Shown here in pieces: positions 1 to 11,600 of a DNA stretch of 64,000 nucleotides; the stretch's first letter is position 1; every line of letters starts with the position of its first letter. The position numbers and the translations under genes are program-made. The stretch is from positions 34,968,001 through 35,032,000 of the forward strand of contig NC_043014.1 of the NCBI RefSeq assembly GCF_006345805.1, in the 5' to 3' direction. A model generated the notes under the pieces. That model saw only the letters and a list, made by a program, of their open reading frames with translations. It searched no databases and was not told the DNA's origin. The stretch is from Octopus sinensis (taxonomy: Eukaryota).

Positions 1-461
1 CTTTTCATTGTGTACTGTGTATACCTATCCTCCACCTATTATTTTTATTTTATCATTTCATTATATGTAGATCCCAACATTTTGTGTCTGTCTTTGTATT
101 TTCCCCCCTCATCTGCCCTGGTGGCAAATGAAATCATCATCATCATCACCATCACCATCATCATCTCCCCTCCTCCCCTCCTTCCTCTCCTCCTTTATTA
201 TTATTATTATTATTTTTGCTGCAGTGAGCTGGCCGAATCATTAGCACACTGGGTGAAATGCTTAGCAGTATTTCACCTGTCGCCACGTTCTGAGTTCAAA
301 TTCACTGAGGTCGACTTAACCTTTCATCCTTTCGGGATCGATAAATTAAGTACCAGTGAAACACTGGGGTCGATGTAATTGACTAGTCCCCTCCTGCCCA
401 AATTTGAAGCCTTGTGCCTCAAGTAGAAAGGATTATTATTATCATCATTATTATTATCATA

Positions 462-503
<42 letters not shown>

Positions 504-533
504 TAACTATTAACTATTTAATTTGTTTGCCAG

Positions 534-767
534 ATCCCCATTTCTGCTAATCTGTCCTCTGGACTTTCCCTCTCAACTCATGATCTTCAGCAACTTCATC
601 AGCAACTTCAGCAACAACTTCAACACCAACAGCAACTTCAGCAGCAACATCAGGCAGCAGCCAATGTTGTACAGGCAGCCTTATTACAACAGCAACAACA
701 ACAACAGCAGCAGCAACAACAGCAACAATCTCCGACAGTGGCTTCTGTGGTTACGCAAGCATGTCAG
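534..767 (+). CDS. POU2: POU2 exon, glutamine-rich ([10 protein letters not shown]...[10 protein letters not shown]...VTQACQ)
   Basis: tttgtttgccAG acceptor, 78 open codons with polyQ, CAG|GTTAAT donor. The true frame differs from the ORF-track frame. Confidence 0.8.
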
Positions 768-3700
768 GTTAATTCAGTTCAGTTTTTTCTATTTTTGTAA
801 ATTTTTTTTTTTTATTTCAATTTCCGAAATTACAAATTTTGAAATTACATATTAGGAAAACTAAGATATTTTCATAAACTGGATTTTAATCAAAATGAAT
901 GTATTTTTTTAAAAAATCAAACTGAAAGTGAGATTTAAGCTTAGATTAAAATTTAATTTAAAAGAACAAGAATCTACCTCCACAAAAATGAAGTCAGGTA
1001 AGAAATAAAAAAAAAAAAAAAAATGAAGCATGAATTTATGCTTAAATCATATTTTAAAGATGTTCAAAGTTTTTAAAGGCTGTAACCACAGTATCTGAGT
1101 ATCTATACCAAGTAAAGAAGTAATGAGTCAATGATGACTCCTTGAGCTGTTTGACTTCAAGTAACCAACAGGTATACATTTTCAGTTAAGAAGGCTTATT
1201 TTGTAGCCACTTGCTTCTCAGTTTCAAAGCACTAGGTGAAATCTTGGGCATGGTGCTTCTACCATAATTGTTTTGCACCAAAATATATAAACACTTCCTT
1301 CTCTTTAAAATGCAGTTGTTCTGTGATTGGCTCTTTGGTTATTTGTAGTCAACAGCAATATTCTTCACCAGTCCATTCTGTTGAGTGGTTGGTGTTAGGA
1401 AGGGCATCCAGCTGTAAAAATCCTGCCAAAACAGTCACAGAAGTCTGGTGCAGGCTTCAGCCTGGCTGGCTCTTGTGAAACCGTCCCACCCATGCTAGCA
1501 TGGAAGGCGGATGTTAAACGATAATGATGAAGAACTGTGATATAAGAATGAATTAAATAAATGAAAAAGCCTCTTGTTCACGAATGCACGTAATAATTCA
1601 ACAAATCTATATGAAAGGAAAAAAAATTGAGAGCTCAGCTCCTCCAGATAGTCACCTGAACAAATGCTATTTAAAAGTAATGTAAACATTTCACCATTGA
1701 GTCTCAGTTCATTCATCACCAAAGAAATATAAATTCAAAATTCATGTTCATATTTTTTAAGCATAAAACAGGCTATGACATAAAAACCATGTTTGTAATA
1801 CTTGATATTTGGTAAGGTATGAAGTTTCTTTGCTTTCCTTAGGATTCATGTATTAGTAATTCTAAACTCTTTCCAGCAAGACATGTCACAATCCTCTGGA
1901 CTGTGTTGCCAATTGTCTGCCATTTAATTCTAGTTATATGAAATAGTATGCAGCAATGAGCCAATAGAGGAATCATTTACATGGTGACTCAACAGCTAGA
2001 TATAGTAGTATGTGATCTCTCTAAAGAAAGCTAACCAGAAGAGAATTAATGCATTCGAGCTTTGGTGTTGGAGAAGACTTTTATGGATTCCATGGACAGC
2101 AAGGCTCACCAATGGAGAAGTTCTTAAGCAGATCAGGCCAAAAATGTCGCTAGAAGCTAGGATCACCAAGCATAGATTGGCATATTTCGGTCATATTATG
2201 CGGGGAAAATCCCTGGAGAAGGACATCATGCTCGGAATGGTCAATGGCAAGAGAGGAAGAGGCCGACCAAGAACCCGCTGGCTTGACACCATCAAGAGTG
2301 ATAACGGAATGGACATAGCCAATCTGAAAGAAGCGGCCCAGAATAGAACTGACTGGAGGACACTGATCTAACGAGTAACCGAGAGTCGACATTGACTAAG
2401 TGAATAGATAGATAGATAGATCTCTCTAAAATCACACCCTGTTTTATTTGATGATATAGTCCTGCATACTCTTAAAAAGACAGGATGTCCACAGCTAGAA
2501 TGCATCTTATTAACAGATCCACTCAATGAAACTGGTGTGAGGTTAAACAACAACTACACAGTGTACTCAATCTTTAACTTTAGGACATTATATACATAGT
2601 TTTTTTTTTTTTCCAGGTTTTTTCAGTCTAATTCTTATTCTTTTGTTAAAATAAATATAAATGATATTTGCTTTCCAACTACATGGTTTCGAGTTCAGTC
2701 CCACTGCATGGCACATTAGGCAAGTGACTTTAACTATAGCCTTGAGCTGACCAAAACCATGTGAGTGCATTTGGTAGATGGAAACTGAAAGAAGCCTGTT
2801 GCATGCACACACACAGACGTGCGTGTGTGTGTGTGTTCTTGTCTTGGAGCAATGTGATGATTCACAATTATCATGCTACGTAAATTATTGTTTTAAGGGT
2901 TGGTGACAGAAAGGGCATCTGCAAGCATGTGAAGTGGATGTTAAAAACAATGATGATATGATGCTAGAGTCACATCGTCATCATCATCATCATCAATTAT
3001 TTTATCTCTCAAATGGTGATCTAAGGGCACCATTTGGGTGTTGTGTTATGTGATTAATATCTTAATTTTTTTTTTATATTAATTTTTTCTTAGTGTTTCA
3101 ACATTTCAATGTATTGGCTAACTTAATCTCTTTAATATTTAATATTACTTAGGTGGTAAGTTAGCAGAAATGTAAGCATGTTGGACAGAATGTTTAGCAG
3201 TAGTTCATTTGTCTTTACATTCTGAGTTCAAATTATACTGAGGTCGATTTTACCTTTCGTCCTTCCCAGGTCGATGAAATAAGTACCAGTTGAGTACTGG
3301 GGTTGATGTAATTGACTTATCTCCTCTCCTGAAATTGCTGTCCTCCTGCCAAAATTTGAAATCAATATTCAATTTTATTAAAGCAGTGAGTTGGCAGACT
3401 CATTAGCACACCAAACAAAATGCATAGCAGCATTTTGTTTGTCATTAGGTTCTGAGTTCAAATTCTGCCAAGATCAACTTAGCTTTTCATCCCTTTCAGA
3501 GTTGATAAAATAAGCACCAGTTGAGCACTGGAGTCGATGTAATTGATTACGCCTGCCCCCGAAATTGCTGGTGTTGTGCCAAAATTTGAAACCAATATTT
3601 AATATTACTTGAAGATAGGTGCAGGAGTGGCTGTGTGGTAAGTAGCTTGCTTACCAACCACATGGTTCCAGGTTCAGTCCCACTGCGTGGCACCTTGGGC

Positions 3701-5203
3701 AAGTGTCTTCTACTTTAGCCTCAGGCCGACGAAAGCCTTGTGAGTGGATTTGGTTAGATGGAAACTGAAAGAAGCCCGTCGTATATATGTATATATATAT
3801 ATGTATATGTGTGTATGTGTGTATATGTTTGTGTGTCTGTGTTTGTCCCCCCCCCCCCACCAACATCGCTTGACAGCTGATGCTGGTGTGTTTTCGTCCC
3901 CGTAACTTAGCGGTTCCGGCAAAAGAGACCAGTAGAATAAGTACTAGGCATACAAAGAATAAGTCCTGGGGCCGATTTTCTCGAATAAAGGCGGTGCTCC
4001 AGCATGGTCACAGTCAAATGACTGAAACAGTAAAAGAAATAAAAGGGTAAAGACTATATTTCTTACAATCCTTCTTCATTTATATAACTGTTTACATTTT
4101 CTGTTGAACAGATTACACAGCAGCCACAGCCACAACGTGTGCAAGCAGCTCCAGTGCAAACTTCTCCAATTGTACCTAAAGCTCAAACGCAAGTTACGTA
4201 TTCTACAGCTTCCACAGCACCTCAGGTTGTGACTACTACTCCTCCGCAGCAAACAACTCCATACCAAGGAATGCAGCAGTTCGTTCTGGTCAATCCTGCC
4301 CAGCTACCTTCAAGCTTACAACCACAATTCATTTTACAGAATTCGGTAACCTTATCAGAACTTTTACATTCTTATCTTTTATTTTTTTACTTGTTTCATA
4401 CATTGGACTGCAGTCATGCTGGGTTCAGTCAAACAAATCAACCCCAGTACATGCACACAGAGTTTCTGTCTACCAAATTCACTCACAAGGCATTAGTTAG
4501 CTTGCAGTTATAATGCAAAATACTTAAGGCACCCCACAGTGGGACTGAACCTGAAAGTACATGGTTGCACAGTGAACTTCTTAACCACACAACTATGCCT
4601 GTAGCTCAGAAAAATGTTACCTCAAAACTAGAGCTAACAGTTATGGCTGTTTGTCCTTGAAACAGTTTCAAGTATATCTACCCATGTAGTTCCCATCAGG
4701 AGGGGTAAAATAGGTCTTAAATTAAGTCATTACTAGGGGTGATGAGCAGGCTTCCTATTGAAGCTTTATGTTGAGAAACAATGTTAGAAAACATCCTGTG
4801 TTTGAAGCCATATTTCAGTACCCATCATCATCATCATCATCGTTTAACGTCCGCTTTCCATGCTAGCATGGGTTGCACGATTTGACTGAGGACTGGTGAA
4901 CCAGATGGCAGCACCAGGCTCCAATCTTGATCTGGCAGTGTTTCTACAGCTGGATGCCCTTCCTAACCCATATTTCTATATATTTCAGCCTCAATTATAC
5001 TGGGGTTCTAAGTAAAAATCACATCTCATCAGCCAACTGAAATTGAAACTTTGCTATGTGGTAAGAAATTTGCTTCCCAACCACATGGTTCCAGGTTCAG
5101 TCCTACTGCATGGCACTTTGAGCAAGTGTCTTCTGCTATAGCCCTGAGCTGTTCAAAGCCTTGGAAGTGGATTTGGTAGATGAAAACTAACAGAAGCCTG
5201 TCA

Positions 5204-5300
<97 letters not shown>

Positions 5301-5571
5301 ATATTTATATTTATGATCATCATCATTTAACGTCCATTTTTCATGCTGGCATGGGTTGGAATATATATATATATATATATATATCCACCATGATAGATCA
5401 CTAGCCACTACACAGTTTTTATTTTCTCTCCTTGTTTCTTTCTGTATTTCTTTCTGTTGAAGAGCGTAGGCTTGAAACGTTAAAAGACTTCACTTCCTGA
5501 GTGTTATACTAATACATCTGTTTGCTGTCTACAACACCTGTCTTTGTCCTTTGTTTTTTTCTGAATTCTCC

Positions 5572-5620
<49 letters not shown>

Positions 5621-8600
5621 CTAAGATTATTTGCCAACATAAGGTGCCAGTTCTACACAGAACTATGTTATTAGCTTTTAACCCCAGGAAAACATCTTTC
5701 TCAGGTGGTTATTGGCACACAACCTTTGTCTGATATATTGTGAGTAATATATCAAACACAGGTTGTGTGTTGATAATCAGCTGGGAAAGATGTTTTCCTG
5801 GGGTTAAAAGGTAATAACATAGTTCTGCATAGAACTGCCACCTTATGTTGACAATATAACTTTACTGTTCAGTAATGTTACGACTTAAATCTCATATAGA
5901 GATTTTAAAACTAGCCATATACATAAAATATTCATGGGTGTCTGATAATCGGTTACATAAAACTATCACAGTTTGTTGTTTTTCAGCTTCAGTAATACAC
6001 ACACACACACACTGATATTAGTGATTACATGGTTTTATTCGAAGTTTCTAGTCTACAATTTATAATTTTCGATCTTGTTCAGAGTTTTCAGCAATGTATG
6101 GTTAAGTTAGATATATCAGAAGGGCCATAACTCATTCTATACCAATCTTGATTGTTAGGAGGGAGTTATTTCCCTTGGTTTGGTTTAACCGACGAGCATA
6201 AGGGATATATTACATATGACTTGATTAGTGGTATAGGTGAATTTTAAGCTACTTGTTATCGCGTACTGAGTTTAGAACAGTTAATCGGTTGAAGTTACGA
6301 GTGTTAAAGAATTTATTGCTGTATATCATAGAAATTTACCACCTGAGTACATGTAAATAACTGCTGCTTAAGTGTAAGCAAGAAGTATCTCATATGGGAT
6401 TAAAAGCGAGGAGAGACTAAAGTCTAATTGCACATGATAAATAGTTATGTATTAATCCTTCCAAGTAATTGGTAGTATAATCTTTCAGTTTTTCAACGAA
6501 TATTTATCGAAGGGGTGACACTCGGCGAAAAACCTCTAAGCTGACATTTAAATAATCTAGAGTCATTGAGTTTCCTTGAGTATGAGGTTGTTTTCATTTA
6601 TGCATAACTTGCAGGTTTTTGTTGCATTGTTTTGTGGCTACCATAGTTTAAGGATCATCGACTTGATGTTGAATGCAGTTGCATGTTCTTTCAAAGTTCA
6701 ATTATAACTGGATAATTTTGTTGCCTCTCTCATCTGAAGGTAGAAGTGCGAAGTATTGTTTAAATTTTCTTCCCACCTTACTTACTTAGTGTTTACACAT
6801 GCTACACAGATTTCCATCGTCTGTGATTAGATTGGCAATAATATCAAAGAAATTTACAGTATTTAAGTAAGTGGTTATAGCTATTTTTCAGACCAGAATA
6901 TAGATGGTAGTTAGGTCTTTCCTAATTGCATCAGACATGTGTCTTTTAGCTTCTGCCATATAGCCAACATATCATTTTTATTGTAGTGAATAGGATAACA
7001 TGTCTCTATTAAACTACTTAATACTGATATTGAATGAACTTGTGGAAGTCTGATTATATTAACTGAAGCAGAATGTTTGTTGAAGAGTAGGATTTTTCTT
7101 GTATACATGATGATATTGAAATCATTATTATCTATGTATCTTAATGAAAACTAGAGTATTGATGAATAGAGGTTTCAAGATTAGGGGATAAGATTTGACA
7201 ATATAACATTATGTAAACTTGGTGTCATTTTGATTATTATTATTATTAAATCTGCTTAAGACTCCAGTACTGATATTTCTGTACTGGAGGTTGGTTAACT
7301 TCTTACATTTCCTTTTAATTATTGAATAAGATTTTCTTAATAATTAACCTGACCTTGGTTTTTGTGGGATTAATTATTGGAAACAAAATTCACTGTATGG
7401 CCCTTGAGTGTGATGTACATTTCTATTTAGCTAAACATTCTAATCAGTTGTCTAATTTAAGGTTATGAGCTATATTTTTGCTTCAGTATTTTTATTATTG
7501 CAAATCTGTGCTTAACCTTTTCCCATAGTTTTGATTAATGCTTTTATTTAGGAGTTGGTTAATGTTTCAAGCATCATTAAAAAACCTTTTTCTTTAATTT
7601 CTTAAAGTTTTAAGTAACAGATTCAAGTTTGTTTTTTAAAGTATTAGTTTACTTATGGAAATTTATGTGGGCTATCATATCTAAGAAGTCCTTGATTCTT
7701 GTGGGCAATTAAGTGTCTATACATCGTAGTAGTAGACAGGTGTGTCTATGATTTGAGTCTATGATCTATAATCTGAGTCACAGAAGAAAGCTTTCCTGTG
7801 CATACATTTGACTACTTCTGTTAACTTATCCAGGAAATTTTTCATATAGTGTATATTACATGAAGTAAGAATGTTCTTTGTGGAGTGGGTTTAGCTGTAT
7901 AGATCAATACTTCATACTATAGATTTTGGTCTGCCATATAATATGCTGTAATATATCACAAATGATCAGATGTGATTTATAATAGGGAAGTGCAATGGAC
8001 ACCAACACAATATGCTTTACATATACAAGAAAAGGCATAAATAATGGTCTATACATATTTCTTTATTTGTGCATTTTTCACATACAGCTGTTTTTGATAT
8101 GCATTACAGGTGTGTTTATGGTTCTATTTACTCATTTGGCCTCATTATTAAATACGTAAGACCCATAATGTGCAACTGAAGTGTTGAGACTGATCCTTTT
8201 AGTGGTGTAAAGCACTTGTGGAAGTGCCATGTAAAAGTACTCACGTGATGTCATGTAAAAGCGCCTGTGTGCTGCAACATTAAAGTGCCCATGCAGTGTC
8301 ATGTAAAAGCACTCAGCACACTCTGTAAAGTGGTTGGTGTTAGGAAGGGCATTCAGCTATAGAAACCTATACCAAATCAGACTGGAGCTTAGTGTGGCTT
8401 GCCAGCTCTGGTCACACCATCCAACTCATGCCAGCATGGACAATGGATGTTAGATGATGATGATGATGTGTGTGCATGTATTTATTTCATCATCATCATC
8501 ATCATCATCATCGTTTAACGTCTGTTTTCCGCGCTAGCATGGGTTGGACCGTTCGACCGGAGTCTGGGAAGCCAGGGGCTGCAGCAGGCTCCAGTCTGAT

Positions 8601-11600
8601 CTGGCAGTGTTTCTACAGCTGGATGCCCTTCCTAACGGCAACCACTCCGCGAGTGTAGTGGGTGCTTTTTACGTGCCACCGGCACAGGTGCCAGGAGAGT
8701 CTGGCATCGGCCGGAGTCTGGCATCGGCCAGAGTCTGGCACCATATACATATATAGGTCTTCTGGATTCAGTGTTAAGGACTTACAAGAACAACATAGTT
8801 TTCTTTTCATTCCTTCCGCATTTATCTTTTGCTTTTTTTTTTTTCTCTCTCTTCAGGGAATTTCAATGATGACAGCAACTGCTCTTGCTGCAGCCCAACA
8901 GCAACAGCAACAACAGCAGCAAGCAGCTGCAGCAGTGGCTGCAGCAGCATCAGTTGTAACACAACCACCAGTGAATATAGTTGGTCAAAGTGGAGGACAG
9001 GTAGTGAGTAGTAGTACAGCAGTTCAACTAACAACAACACCACAGACAATTAGTACCCAATCAGTTCCTTCCATCACAACAACGGCCACAACACCGTCTA
9101 CTGCTACTGTTAGTGCAATGTCAGCTGGTTCAACTGGAACTAACACTACAAATTTGACCTCATCAATCTTAGTGTCTTCCCCGTCACCATCACAAGTCCC
9201 CCTTCCAATCCAGGTAATTATCTTCATTACATGATGGCAAATTTTTGATTTCTAACATTGGCACAATGCCACAAAATTTTTTTGCGGGTTGGAAGTTATA
9301 TTGATCCTAACATGTAATTGAGTGGTTGTATACTGTCAACTTAACGTGACAGTCCTGTATGGGAATTACACCACCACTGTTTAGCCCTAGGAAGCATCGA
9401 ACACTTCCTGTCGGCTTTGACACATTTCCTGTGTCCTTATGTTTGTGAAGGGGAGGCAAGCACCCCCACCAGCCAAGATTCACACCTGAGGACATGCATG
9501 TTTCTGGGTCTTAACCCGTCATCAGCCCAGGATAGTGAGATCTGCTGACTGAGGTGCCCGTCCAGCCTTCACAAACATATATATTTACAGTGAAATCTAT
9601 TCACTGATCACCGAACATGTAATTGGTTGTTTATCTATTGACTTCAGAGGAAGGAAAATGAAGTCAGTCTCTTTGAGATTTAAACTCGGAACATAAATGA
9701 GCTGCAACTGACTATTAGAAAGCCTTTTGCATGTCATTCTGTTGATGCCATCAACCTTATCAGCATTTAGTCAGGCATGCTACTGAACCTGTCAGTGTAC
9801 TTGTAAGACATTATTGAACAAATAATGTTAAGCTCTCACACTCACAATGATTTTTGAATATCTTAGTAAACTCCTAATAAAATATTTATAAAAACTGGGG
9901 TGCACAGGATTAAAGCTAATCTGGCTGATCCCTCATTTTCTTTTCATGATGATATTGTGTATAGAGATGAGGTCTTTACATCTATTTATACATACAGTGT
10001 TGACTAAAATCTATAGATATATTCTGTTCTGTAGAATAATATAGAATTGAAATAGAACAATGCTGATGCTCCAGTAATTTATTAATTAAGCTATTTTCCA
10101 AGAATGTGTTATAAATACAAAATGCTCTAGCCAGTTTGTTTAAGCCCTTAGAAATAGAAGGTTTATAAGCAATATCTTTGTAGACAGTTAACTCATTTGA
10201 CACCAATTTGACTGAGAATGCCCTTAGTATAGTGATATAAACTTCCCGTTTTAAAGTGAGCTAAATTAAAACCATCCATCAGAATTTCATATTAAGTTCC
10301 AAACACTAGCTTAATAATGACCAAGTTAATTTTCCAAATTATTCATTATTTTTTAAATGAATTGGAACAAAGGCACTGTATTTCAAGAATATAGTAACAA
10401 ATAGGATGAATAGGGTACTAGGTCACTGATGAAACCTAAATTCAGGATTGAAACTTATCTGGCTTGTCCTTCTCTTTCCATCTGTGAAGATATTGTATGT
10501 ACAGGATAGGTGTTTACATCTGTCTCTACATACAATTTTGGCTTAAATATACAAATATATTGTGTTGTACAGTATAAAAACAGACATTATTACCAGGAAT
10601 ATGGAGTAATCAAAAGCTAGAGGCTATAGATATATTGTTGGGACTGTAATATACGAATCACAGCTGAATTTACCAGCGCTGGCATCAGATCTCAGATAGA
10701 AGCAACTGAAGAAAGCTAAATACCAGGACTTGATTGATGAAGCTCTTGTTGAAGGATGACATGCAGCTTCATACCCTATTGAAGCTGACTGCCATAGTTA
10801 ACCATCAAGATTAGTGTGCTTTTTCTAGCAGAAGATAGGTTTGGAACTCAGAAAACTGAAGAAAACCTCTTGAGTGCTAGTCATGGCAGCTGAGACCAGC
10901 TTCAGACGTTGTGGTTGGCAAGGGGCCACAGATGGAGCTCTTTGTAGATGAAGGTTAATTCAGTCCTCGTCTCACTCAAAGTAAACAGGCTAAAGGACAG
11001 AAGGTGTCTCAGGGTTATGATCCTGAGGTACCTTCCAAAGATACAGAAGGATTTCAAGTAGTGTGATAGTTTTAGTCACCATCCGGATAAGAGTGTGTAA
11101 CACCTTTAATTAACTCCTGCAGTTTTTGCTTGGGGCTAAGCTTCTTTGTTTATTTCACTTGCAGTAGTAGAATTGGTAACATATGAAAGGGTTAATATTA
11201 TAAAATAAAGGCTGTGGGCTGACAGAATCGGTGAAGCTTCATTAGAAAGTCTTTTAGTTATTTTGCTGCATCTTTTTACGTTATAAGTTCTACTCAGCCT
11301 TTCATTGGTGCAGGATTAAGAAAATAAAACTAGCCATGCACTAGTGTTGATGTAATTGACTATTTACATCCTCAAATTTGAGGATGTAAATAGTCAATTA
11401 AAAGTGAAGTATTTAGCAAAATTTGAAAATATTTTTAAAAAAACTGTTTAAAATTGTTTAAACAACTGTTTTGCAATGCTTATCACATACCGCCTGAAAA
11501 GATGCAAGCCATTCCTGGTCTTATTTATTTTACTATCACCAAACAAAAGAGGAAAGATTAATATACAAAAAAATTAATACATATTTAAAGGCTTTTTAAA

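Noticed and set aside
523-855. Asn/Ser-rich ORF from the track
   Set aside because: Wrong frame of the polyQ exon 534-767.
3624-3700. tRNA genes
   Set aside because: The A/B boxes belong to SINE heads and no complete cloverleaf is evident.
534-4345. Two POU2 exons of identical length (234 nt) as a duplication
   Set aside because: No sequence similarity beyond Q-richness, so probably coincidence.
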